64,000 nt of DNA from the NCBI RefSeq assembly GCF_009914755.1, contig NC_060931.1, one strand, 5' to 3'. Shown here in pieces: positions 14,006 through 28,821 of the stretch. This DNA is from the human T2T-CHM13v2.0 reference genome, Homo sapiens. Both the position numbers and the translations under genes were made by a program. Each line of letters begins with the position of its first letter. Position 1 is the first letter of the stretch. The notes under the pieces were generated by a model. The model did no database searches and was not told the origin of the DNA. It was given only the letters and a program-made list of their open reading frames with translations.

Positions 14006-15867
14006 ATATCTGAAAAAGAAGGAAAAATAGGTATTAAAAATTTATAAAGAATTATGTGGAGAGGCTGGTTCTTTGAGCTATAAAGTATATAAAACTACAA
14101 TTAAAAAAACTCTTACGTAAAATAGTCAAACTCACCAAAAGAACAAAATATCTAGAAACGATGTCAAAAAGATTGATGCATTTTGTGTATGATAAAGAAT
14201 TCTCATAAATCAGTGGGGACAAAAACTTACTTAATAATGAACACTGATACAATCAACTATTTTTTTAAAAAATTACTTTAGCACTTTATTTTATATCCCA
14301 CACACAAAATAAGTCCCAGATGATTGATGTAGTCACTGTCAAAAATGTTAGAAGTAAAAATAAATGTTTATTGAGAAATATGTTTATCTTATTAGAAGTA
14401 ACTGAAATAGATAATGTTACAATGGCTAAGTAAATTATGTTACAACTAAATGTTAAAGTATTATACATAAACACTATAATTCTTAAATGTTTTGTTAATA
14501 TGGATAATTGCATGTTTGGAAAGCAATGTACAAAATCAAATATGATCTCAACTTTATTAAACAGTATACACAAAAAGTGAGCAATACAACAAAATCATTA
14601 ATTATCTGTGGATGTAAAATTTTAGCTTTTTTTATTTTTGAGGGTTTCCTTTTACATTGAGTAAAAAATTAAATACTGTAAGTTGAGGTTTTTCATACTG
14701 CATAGTATATGCAAAATTAATCTAGACAATCTGTTTTCCCTCTCTGTTAACCTTTACTTCTGGGTCCTCCCTGATGACTCCCAAGTTGATAAGGAAACAT
14801 TCAATATTTTCATGGATAAATTATAATCACCACATTTCAAGCAGATGGTAAATGAGTCTGTTTCCTATTAGTGAATAAGTTTTAAAAATTGTAAAAAGTA
14901 TATCCCTAAGTCTACATGTAGAAAAAGCAGAAATTCAGGTTGCTGTCATGACTTCAGACAGTACTAGTGATGACCCTGCCCACTCAAACATATTTGCAAC
15001 TATTGGAACAGATTCTTGAAATTCCTCCAGTGGCGATGTATTTTCTTGATATATCTTTTAAAGGAGCTAATACATTTAATTCTCATTTGGCATTTGTAAG
15101 AATAAGAACAGAGTGAATATAATTTTTAAAACTTTTTCTGAGAACAAGTTGTGAAGAGACTGGGTTGACAAGAGAACATCCTCTGTGTAGGAAACTCATC
15201 AGAGCAGCCCTGTTCAGAGGAAAGATGAAGATGAAGGCTGGATGAAGATGTGGGAATAATGAAGAGGATCTCTTCCAAATGTCCAACTTTGTCAACTACA
15301 GATCCTGACAACACGCAATTCTAGACCATCTATCAATGAAAGAAATTCATACATGAAGATGTTCTTAGTTTTGTGAGCTGATACCATAGTAACTTTTATA
15401 AGCTCTGCTTCATATATATTTATGAATTTTGGAATTGGACTTGGAGGTAGTGTGAAAGCACCCTATTTAAAAAAAAAAGAATGACTATAAATTAATATTT
15501 TGAAATGACCGTTTTAAGGCTCAAGTATATAAAAAAATCTTTGAAGCCCGGTAGCAGGAGATTGGGAGAAGTTTTCCAAATACAAATGAAATAATTCATT
15601 AAAATTCACAGCTGTCTTTACATTTAATATTAATTTTAATTGAAATCCCAGCTTAAAAGCACCATGTCTCATTCTGCCTATATAATGGTTAAGGCATGCT
15701 GATACTAAAAATTAAATAATAATTAAAGGCTAGATTCTATAGGTAGCCAGAATTAAGCTGTATTTTTTCAGAAAGAATAAATGTTATTATGTTGTTAACT
15801 ATGGAAAAAATACTTCTGTAAGTATAGTAAGTTCAGTGTACCTCATAAGTTGTAGTTACATTTGTTT

Positions 15868-16118
15868 TTATTCTTGCTTTGCAGAATATTTTCTTCCTCT
15901 CTGTCTCTCAAACACATACTTTAAAAAACAAAGAAATTTTAAGAGATTTGTACACATCTTCTTCTTGATCAATTTTGCACGTATTCGAACGCTTTCAATT
16001 AGCACCAGGAACAAAGTCCTGACTGCTTTCAAGCCTCCACCTGTAATTCCACTTGGGTTGACAACACAGAGATTTACCTCTTTATCTATCAAATTCACAT
16101 TGGCAGTTGCAAAGCATA
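15868..16118 (-). other. Candidate exon: terminal, or 41-nt internal 16078-16118
   Basis: Acceptor cccattttag|TATG; open frame to TAA inside AATAAA (15867-15872); alternative donor GAG|gtaaat at 16077. Confidence 0.2.
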
Positions 16119-16212
16119 CTAAAATGGGATTTGAGAGACCAAAGTAGAAATCTCTCCTTGAATATGACTCATTATAATTTCTTTATAATATACATGTGAA
16201 ACAAAATCATAC

Positions 16213-16227
16213 CTAGAATAATTTGGC
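16213..16227 (-). other. Candidate 15-nt microexon GCCAAATTATTCTAG
   Basis: Long pyrimidine tract ttttcttttctcttttcag| and donor |gtatga. Confidence 0.3.
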
Positions 16228-16479
16228 CTGAAAAGAGAAAAGAAAATCAACTTGTCTTCCCTGTGTGCTTATCGTGGTTGGCTCAAAGATCATAAAAACA
16301 TACACTACCAATGATGCACAATTCATGCATTACCCAGCACAACTTTACATAAGCCAAGTTCTACATTAGTCTCTTTATAATCCTGCAACAGGTCCAGAAA
16401 TGTGTGCCATTTCAGGAGAAAAGCAACTTGTGGAAAGAAACATGTTGTGTAATTTTAGTCTATTTCTGATCTAAGTAGT

Positions 16480-16705
16480 AGATAACATTTATCTAGTATT
16501 TACTATGCACCAACTGTTGTGCTAAAACCATTAATTGCTGTTTTTTCATGATTTAAAAACCTACTGCGAAGTTAATTTTACAGATGAGAAAACTGAGGCA
16601 CATTGGAGGAGGTTAAGTGACATTGGGCCACACAACTGGTAAAAACTTGACAGGTTTCACAACCAGACAGTCTGCCACCAGAGCCCACACTCTTACCACA
16701 TGCCT
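16480..16705 (-). mobile_element. MIR
   Basis: MIR core TTTTACAGATGAGAAAACTGAGGCAC...GAGGTTAAGTGAC. Confidence 0.8.
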
Positions 16706-17302
16706 CAGAATGAGCTAAGTGCTGCAGCATGCTCAGTCTCCCTTATTTCCATGATTTTGTGTTCGTATTTCGGAGTGCCAAAAAGAGGCACTTGTGGATG
16801 AAAGACTTGTTGGATGAATTTCCACTAACAGGACTGCTATCATGCCGTTGGGTCTAATGTTTGAAAAATTCAGTTTCCTTTTTAAAAAATGAATAAAAGG
16901 GAGCCAATCTTCTCATTAAACTGAGAATACTTTAAAAAAACACATTAATCCAAGTTTCTTTTATATTATATGCTAATGTAAATAATAAATAGTTAATTTT
17001 GTATGCTATTTTTTTATTTGCAGGACTGTGGCCCAGATAAAATTTTCATTTGTGGTATTATAGTATTAAAATACCATTAGCAATATTTTATTATCAATAC
17101 CTCTATCAGTACTAGCGGTACTAATGCTATAATTAATTGTATTAACAATATAATGAATTTTGACATAAATACATTTGCCAAATGTGACTTGATGGACAAA
17201 TGATTTAGATGGTAAAACAACATGGTTTCAACTAATGATGGGATAACAGGTGTCAAGGCGCACTGAATCTGACAATTGCTACCTGAACACTGACAATTTC
17301 TT

Positions 17303-17609
17303 TCTTTCCTTTTTTTTTCTTTTTTTTTTGAGACGGAGTCTTGCGCTGTCGCCCAGGCTGGAGTGCAATGGCGCAATGGTTGGCTCACTGCAACCTCCAC
17401 CTACCAGACTCAAGCGATTCTCTTGCCTCAGCCTCTCAAGTAGCTGGGATTATAGGCACATGCTACCACGCCCAGCTAATTTTTGTATTTTTAGTAGATG
17501 CAGTTTCACCATGTTGCCCAGGCTGGTCTTGAACTCCTGACCTCAGTTGATCCACCAGACTCAGCATCCCAAAGTTCTAGGATTACAGGCGTGAGCCACT
17601 GCACCTGGC
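17303..17609 (-). mobile_element. AluS
   Basis: Dimer; TSD TGACAATTTCTTT. Confidence 0.92.
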
Positions 17610-18065
17610 TGACAATTTCTTTAAATACTAAATAAAGGGGGTGAAAAACTTCCTTATTGATAATGACAGGTAAAACCATGCCAAGTTGGAAAAAAAAAAC
17701 ATTTCCTAAGATAGAGGTCTATATTAATACCTGACTGTTTTTTATTTAAATGGCAAACAACCCATTTTTCTTACGATGATTTAGGAGAACGATTATCATG
17801 AGTACGGCATTAATCTGGCCTGGATTAAATATTTAAGAGTATTTTGGATGCTGGCACAACCTTGACCATTTGACAATATGCATCAACATATATTTTCAAA
17901 TCCTTTGATTGAATAATTCTGAAAAAGAAATCAACAGAGATACATAGTAGCTACATGTTCAAGATTACTCATCAAAATCTTGTTTATATTAGTAATAATT
18001 TGTGAAAGATATAAATGCCCAACAGATACACAGGCAACGTTAAATAAAAAGTATGTGCATTTATA

Positions 18066-18436
18066 TATGCCATGGAATACTATGCAGCCATAAAAAAGGA
18101 TGAGTTCATGTCCTTTGTAGGGACATGGATGAAGGTGGAAACCATCATTCTCAGCAAACTATCGCAAGGACAAAAAACCAAACACCGCATGTTCTCACTC
18201 ATAGGTGGGAACTGAACAATGAAAACACTTGGACACAGGAAGGGGAACGTCACGCACTGGGGCCTGTCATAGGGTGGGGGGAAGGGGGAGGGAGGGAAAG
18301 CATTAGGAGATATACCTCATGTAAATGACGAGTTAATAGGTGCAGCATACCAACATGGCACATGTATACACATGTAACAAATTTGCACGTTGTGCACATG
18401 TACCCTAGAACTTAAAGCATAATAAAAAAAAAAAAA
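18066..18436 (+). mobile_element. L1PA (about L1PA4/5) 5'-truncated 3' end
   Basis: CATGGAATACTATGCAGCC...GTACCCTAGAACTTAAAG, AATAAA and poly-A. Confidence 0.93.
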
Positions 18437-18672
18437 GTGGAAGTTAAGCCATGAGTACACAAAGGCATACAGAGTGGTATGATGGACATTGGAGACTCAG
18501 AAGCAGGGAGGGTGGGAGGAGGGCGACAGATTAAAAACTGCATATGGGTACAACGTACACTACTGGGGTAATGGGAGCACTAAAATCTCAGACTTCACCA
18601 CCACTATGCAATTCATCTGTGTAACCAAAAACCACTTGTACCCCAAAAGGTATTAAAATTTTTCAAAGTGTG
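18437..18672 (+). mobile_element. L1PB-type 3'UTR fragment, apparently 3'-transduced
   Basis: AAAGGCATACAGAGTGGTATGATGGACATTGGAGACTCAGAAG...CACTAAAATCTCAGACTTCACCAC; enclosed by the L1PA TSD. Confidence 0.8.
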
Positions 18673-19417
18673 AAAAAAAAAAGTATGTGCATTTATAAAA
18701 TGAATTCTTAAACTATTTACAATTATGTTCCTAATGAATACTTAGTAGCCTTGGGAAATTAGATATATGAAACATATATAAAAAGCATAATTTATATTTG
18801 TATAGGTTTTAATAATGGGTGAATTTTATCATTTTTCTTTATATCTTTTGTAATTTTTTTCAAATATTCTATTTTAAATATAAAATTCCATTACAATAAG
18901 AAAAAGTAAATGTTATTAAACCTAAGATCTAATAAACATGTGACAAATCAAAATGAGTTATATCAGGCAAAGATTGATTCTATTAAATTATGTATTATGC
19001 TCAAAAAATATATTTGCTTAATATAGTTTTGACATAATTCATAGCTAATGTAGTTTTTAAAAATCATCTAATGTCACCACAACTTCATAAAAAGATTTTC
19101 ATGGACTCTAGGACATTTTGTGTTTAACTGCATTATAAATTGCCGAATTGATTTAACATTTAATTCTGAAGGCATACTCTAAATATTATGCTAAAATATA
19201 ATCGATAAAATGTAATCAGATTATTTTACATTAAACAAAATATAATTTTACAAATCGCTCCTTTTAAATGTACACAATAAGCAATCTTGAAATTTTCCTA
19301 TCATGAACTAATTACTTCTCAGGAGTCACTTCACTCTCAAATTGCCAGTTTTGAAAATTTATCTTTAGTGAAATGCCAACTTGTATTTTTTCATTAATCA
19401 CAAGCTATGGAACTTAC

Positions 19418-19577
19418 CAAGTACATCCCAACAAAAGCAGGAGTTTAGGGAGATGAAAAGCTGAGGAAAAAGAAGAGGGTGAAGAAAGAGACTACACTAG
19501 ACAAGAGATGTGAAGGCTTTGCATCCCTGGGGAACAAAGTGGACGCACTGTGTGTATCTGGAACCCAAAGACTGGGT
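19418..19577 (-). other. Candidate 160-nt non-coding exon
   Basis: ttttctttctttgcag|ACCC...CTTG|gtaagt; stops in all three frames. Confidence 0.3.
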
Positions 19578-19899
19578 CTGCAAAGAAAGAAAACAAATCC
19601 CTGCTCAAATTCTTCTTAAGGTCCCTGAGGGCCCAGTAAGGAACAGGGAGAAATGATCCTCTTCACTTTTAACCCTGTATCTCATCCACTTCATTGTTTC
19701 TATCGATGTTTCCAGATCAAGAAATGTACTAGACCAGGTAGCCGACTGGTACACAGAAGGGCTGGTGGGTTGACTCCACTAGTATATTGCACAAGCAACA
19801 TTACTCTGCAAGCCCCTCACTGATTCATCATTTTTCTTCCACATTGAATGCGGACCTCCTTGTGGTTCCTCCCTCTCTCTTACCAGCAGTCTTTCATTG

Positions 19900-20200
19900 G
19901 CCAGCATGTTCAGCAGCCCCTGCCTCATGAATACCTCTCAGGTCTTTTTTCTCATTTTCACCTTCACTGACACTGTCTGAGTTGTGATGTCCTTACCACA
20001 GAGAAAGTACAGTGTTGCCTCCCTCCTGAGGCCTCTCCTTACCTCATCTCAATCTTTTCTAGGCTATTCTCCACACTGCTGACGAGATAATCTTTTGAAA
20101 AATCAAAAGTGATCATAAAAATCCCTAGTGAAAAATCCTTCAATAACACTCCAATTCCTTCAGGATAAACCCTCAAATCTGTATTATGATTTGTAAGTCC
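19900..20200 (+). mobile_element. L2 fragment
   Basis: TTCTCCACACTGCTG...ATAATCTTTTGAAAATCAAAAGTGATCAT...AAAATCCTTCAAT. Confidence 0.5.
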
Positions 20201-21224
20201 CTTCAATAGAATTATATCACATACTTGGAGACATAGTATGTGAGAGAAAATGAGTCAAGTTCAGCTTTAAGTAACTTCTCTAAAATTCTACAACCAAAAT
20301 TTGGAAAGAAGGTATTCTCATTTAGTGTGTATGTATGTTTACATACATACATACATACATACACACATATATGTTTTAAATATTTTTTTATGTTTTAATT
20401 AAAGGTTAGTATTATTTTTATTTTGTATTACATGTTCAGGGTAAAAAAAAATTAGAAGTGCTTAAGCCTTCTGAATGGAATGAATTCTGCTCTGCCCTTT
20501 CTGAGATGACTTGTTCTATTTCACCAGATTTATCTCTCTCTAACACCCTGGCAATTCTTCACCAGTCTTTCTTATTCTAGAACATACAGTGTTCCCTCAT
20601 GCCTATAGAACTCTGTCCTTTCTCCCCCCTGACCAAAATGCTCATTTCTCCCTTCTTCTGGAAAAATACCCATGAATTCAATAAATTTGGTGCAGGTACA
20701 CCTCTCCAGAATGGCCCCCTTGGCTCAGGCATCAAACCACACACTGCTGTAGGTAATGCTCCCTACTTATTTCCTGCCATACAATCTTTGCTAACCACAA
20801 TACCCAGTATTTATCAAACTTCCCACTCAACATTTAATATGTCCTTCCACTTACTTGAAAGAAGAATTTGATATGGTTCACTACAAAACCTAGTGCAATA
20901 ACCACTGGCTGGAGCAGGGGAAAGAGGCAAGGCAGGCAGCTTCTGCACTAGTGCCCTGAGATCACTGAGGCAAAACATGGGGTTCCAGGGTACTACATCA
21001 TGTCTTGTCATCTGCTAAGTCCCCCTTGCCTTCTGAATCACCTCCCTTTTGTCTGCCAAGATTACAGAGTAAGGAGATTTCACTCTAAATTAAGTACTTC
21101 TTTCAGTTCATGAGTATCCAGTAGTTTCCGTTTATATAAAATTTGCAACTAATTTTCCCAAATTAACATAGGATGTAAGTAGAAGTCAACAATTTTATCT
21201 CTTACTAATGAAGCCGTAGGTACT

Positions 21225-21444
21225 GGCCAGGCACAGTGGCTCAAACCTGTAATTCCAGCACTTTGGGAGGCCGAGGTGGACGGATCACGAGGTCAAGAGA
21301 TCGAGACCATCCTGGCCAACATGGTAAACCCTGTCTCTACTAAAAATACAAAAATTAGCTGGGCGTGGTGGTGCACGCCTGTAGTCCCAGCTACTAGGGA
21401 AGCTGAGGCAGGAGAATCACTTGAACCTGGGAGGCGGAGGTTGC
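21225..21444 (+). mobile_element. AluSc, 3'-truncated with no tail
   Basis: GGTCAAGAGATCGAGACCATCC; ends abruptly at GGAGGTTGC. Confidence 0.9.
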
Positions 21445-22588
21445 CTATGTAACTACCTATGTAAACTAATGCAATTTACTGGCTGACGTGTGCTGAAGAC
21501 ATAAAGATTTCAAAATACAGCACATATAGCCAGAAATCCAAGAAACAGAAAGTAAACAAAAGGTGACATTTGTCTCTCCAAAAATTTAAGTCCTCTCAAA
21601 TAATTGATCAATTAGGAAGTTACTAGAACGTTGCATTCCAAAAAGTTTTCAACCAACAATAAACATTCTTCATTCACACAAAGCATAATATACTCCAAAT
21701 CAGGAGTCCTAAATAATCTGACTCCTTAATTGTGACACTTAAACTCTGTGAGTCTCAGCTTCCTCATTATTAAATTAATTTGCCTTTCATTTAGGTCCTT
21801 TTCCAGATCTAAAATCTTATGATTCAAAACACACAAATCTGTGATGGGTACAAAGGGAAAAGAGGTTTGCAGAGGAACCAAGAGAACCTACAAATTAACT
21901 ATTATTCCCATTTTTAAGACTAAAATATTCTAAATATATATTTTTAAATTACATTTTTTTGATAAAACTTGGAACTAAAACAGTATATTTTCAGTAAAAT
22001 TCCATTTTACAATTAAATATAATTGTTTTAATCCTGTGCTAAATGCAAAATATTGTACCCTCCTATCATTGCCTCCCTTTCCTATTAGGAGTACTTCCTT
22101 TTGATTAGTAACGAAGCCACAAAAGTCTTTAGTATCTGAGGAATAAATTTATATACAGTGTACTTTTTGGTACCAATTAGAAACACAGTTTGTATATAAT
22201 GTAAGTCCCTTGCCTAAATGATGTTTTAATGAGCATTGAAGTATGCTGATCCAAACCACCTATTTTAGTTTCCTAGAAATTAATCAGCTTTTTTAAAAAC
22301 ATAGAGCCTTCTCCCACTTCCACTCACTGAAAAAGAATTCAAGAATATGTGTGCATACATGTAGTCCTTACCATTAAGTAAGGATTTGTAGAATGAAGGA
22401 ATTCAAAAAAAAGAATAAAATGTTTATCTCTTTAATGCTAATCCATGTATGAAAGCTAGAAAATAACTTGCCAACTGAATGATAGAATGGTAAACAACAC
22501 TCATTTCGAAGTATATCAAAGGACTGATGACACAAAAACAGCTATGGAAAATAGAATCATATTCTCTCCAGGCAATTGAAGAAAATGT

Positions 22589-22679
22589 CAGTACTTTGAC
22601 ACTTCTGTAAGGGCTTAGGATAAATAAAGTTTTTTCCCCAGTACTTTGCCACTTCTATAAAGACTTAGCAGAAATAAAG
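22589..22679. repeat. Degenerate 50-bp tandem duplication
   Basis: CAGTACTTTGACACTTCTGTAAGGGCTTAG...AAATAAAG versus CAGTACTTTGCCACTTCTATAAAGACTTAG...AAATAAAG. Confidence 0.8.
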
Positions 22680-23332
22680 CCCTGATTTTGAGAATTACTC
22701 AAAATAAAAATGGTGTAATCTCACAAGTAAGGACCAAAATGATTGTGAGAACTAAAACTGCTAATCAACTGCCAATTTGTATGAGTTTTGCTAAACACTC
22801 TTGGGAAGGAATTGCTTCATAATTTCTTCTCTTCATCTTTTTCCCCACATACTGATGTCAATTTTGTACATTTGCTTATAATAAATGTTCAATTGATTTT
22901 GCATTTTGAGAAAGAAGGCCAGAGTTTGCAAGAAAAATGTGTTTAAATCATGGAAGAAATAAGGTTTTATCCATACTAGTAAGCCAATACTTATTACCAA
23001 GCTATTTAAAACTATTTTACTATGAAGGTTTTAACTATTTGCCATATGAAACAAATGCCTCTGGTTTAGTGAATAAAATAAATCTCAAAAAATCTGCTTA
23101 TTATAAGACTTCCTACATGCTACAACCAAAAATCACTCTGGACTAACCACTTGAAGAGGTATGGAAGTTTCACTTCCAAATTTTTTTTTCACTGGTTCAT
23201 TAAAAATGTACCTGTTCCACATTTGAATTTAACATGAATACTGAATTTTACATTTTGAATGAGAGAGAGAGGATAGAGAATGAATTTTTAAAATTCAACT
23301 TAGGAAACTCCAATGGAGCATGAGGAACTCAC

Positions 23333-23507
23333 TAAGTCAGGAATAACTTAGGATGCCCTAAAGTTGGCAGCTGCCCATATAATATGATTTGTAAGTCACC
23401 CTGCAGAACCCTCCTGAATAAAATATCCTCTTCACTATCTGAAATACTGCCATTAGAGACATGATAGCTTTTCAGTCCTGAAAGATTCTCTACAAAACTT
23501 GAATCCA
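23333..23507 (-). other. Candidate 175-nt exon with one open frame
   Basis: ttttattttccag|TGGATT...GACTTA|gtgagt; frame DSSFVENLSGLKSYH...PKLFLT is open between the two splice sites. Confidence 0.3.
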
Positions 23508-23869
23508 CTGGAAAATAAAACACCTTAAGCCATTATCCCTTATTCATATATAGCCCAGAATTGACAACTACTTGAGAGTGAAGACCCATGGACCCGGCAC
23601 AAATATACAATGGGAATAAGGACAAACAGAAGCCCAGATAACAGCATCAAACATAGAATTTATCTACTTTTCTACTTAGCTGGGGGCCAGTCCAAGAAGT
23701 GTACTCCCAAATCTACCGTCAGAATCAAAACTAAACCTAGGTCACCTCTCAGATCTTTTTCTAATGTTCTGGATTCTGTTACAAACCCAGTCAAGTGTGG
23801 AAGAGTAGTGATCCCTACCATTTGATACAATCAGGACAAATCCTAAATGTAATAAAAACACATGAAGCA

Positions 23870-24180
<311 letters not shown>

Positions 24181-24602
24181 TCAATGGATATCAAATAATA
24201 TTATTGAAGTAATAGAAAGATAAATATTATGTCTACTGAATTCATGACTATTGCTAGGCTCAGAAATTAGAATATTCACTCCCTAGAAAACGCTAAATTT
24301 CATAAATCCAGAATTTTGTGTCTTCTTTAAATCTTCAATTGCAATTGAAATGCAGAAAAATATTATTTCACATTTTGACAAAAATTCAAATTATCAGTAT
24401 GAAATCAAAGAGAGCAAAATGTTTCCATATTCAAAATCAATAAATGTTGTCTTAATGTATAAATCTACTCATTTTAAATACCATTTATCTAACAAAGCAG
24501 TCATCATTCTATACTTCAAATTTTCCAAGATAAAATTATATAAAGTATTCTATAAAAATAGCAAGCAAAGCCTAGATCAATTAATACAATATTACATTTT
24601 GA

Positions 24603-24994
<392 letters not shown>

Positions 24995-25048
24995 ACCACA
25001 AATATTAAAAAAAAAAAAAAAAAAATCCTAGGTTGTTTACTGATTTGT

Positions 25049-27145
<2,097 letters not shown>

Positions 27146-27559
27146 ATAAAACTTACAAATAATTTTTTTCTCTCCATAAACAAAGCATGTTCTTTCATTA
27201 AATCGGGGAGTTTATATCACTTTCTTCATAGATATATTTGTTTTTGAAAATTAATGTTATCTAACACACCTCAATTTCAACTTTCTAACTCTATCCTCTG
27301 AGATTTTATACATTATTAATAGTATATATGAAAGATTATGACTCACACTTCATAAGTTTTAGAGTGTTTTTCTAACGTGTTCTTCACACTACTGCTTTTG
27401 AAACATTTGCCTAGCATTTCCATTTCTGCTGATGATTAAACTAGTACACAGAGAGATAAGCCACAAGACCTTGCAAGAGACTTGACCTATGATTTAAACT
27501 CCAGGTTCACATTCTTTCCACATCTGCACTTCAGAAATTTAGTTATCTGAATTAATATA

Positions 27560-27775
27560 GCAAAGTGTTTGGATTTAAGCCCAGACTCTGAAAATTACTA
27601 GTTAAATTACTTGTACAAGTTATTTAAGTCTTCTAACTCAGTGACTTTACCTTTGAAATTGGAATAATGATACTAAATACCTCAAAGGATTGTGTAAGAA
27701 TTAAAATATTTAAACCATGTGAAGGACTTACAGATCAGTGCCAGGCACAGGGGATACACGCTATGTATGTCAGCT
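27560..27775 (+). mobile_element. MIR
   Basis: CAAGTTATTTAAGTCTTCTAACTCAG...AATGATACTAAATACCTCAAAGGATTGTGTAAGAATTAAA...CAGTGCCAGGCACAG. Confidence 0.7.
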
Positions 27776-27933
27776 ATGATTACATATCACTTAGGATACA
27801 TTTAGGTGGGATTGCCATCAAAATTCAGCATGTCGAATTTTGTCTTATAGTCTCTAATTTGTCTTATTTTGTCAATATTTTTTAAACAAATAAAGTAAAC
27901 CAGCAAGGTAAATAAACCTAAATGGAAAGCTCC

Positions 27934-28434
27934 AATCTTTTTTATTATATAAATTATATAAATATATTATATATTATATAATATAAATATATATAAAAAT
28001 ATATTAATATTATATAATATAAATATATAAAAATATATTATATAATATAAATATATATAAAAATATATTATATAATATAAATATATTATATAATATATTA
28101 ATATTATATTATCTAAATATATATAATATAATATAATATATTATATATTATATAAATAATATAATATAATATATTATATATTATATAAATAATATATATT
28201 ATATAAATAATATATATTATATATTATATAAATATATATTATATATTATATAAATATATTATACATTATACATTATATAAATATATTATACATTATATGA
28301 ATATATATTATATATTATATAAATATATTATACATTATACATTATATAAATATATTATACATTATATAAATATATATTATATATTATATATTATATTATT
28401 ATATAAATTATATAAATCTTTTTTATTATATAAA
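27934..28434. repeat. About 500-bp AT-rich minisatellite-like tract
   Basis: Almost only A/T (TATATTA, TATAAATA and TACATTA units); 20-bp direct repeat at both ends. Confidence 0.95.
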
Positions 28435-28442
28435 AATATTTC

Positions 28443-28821
<379 letters not shown>

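Noticed and set aside
15083-15329. Overlapping minus-strand ORFs downstream of a possible acceptor at 15330
   Set aside because: All three frames from the 15330 acceptor stop early and no protein similarity is recognisable; at most a non-coding exon.
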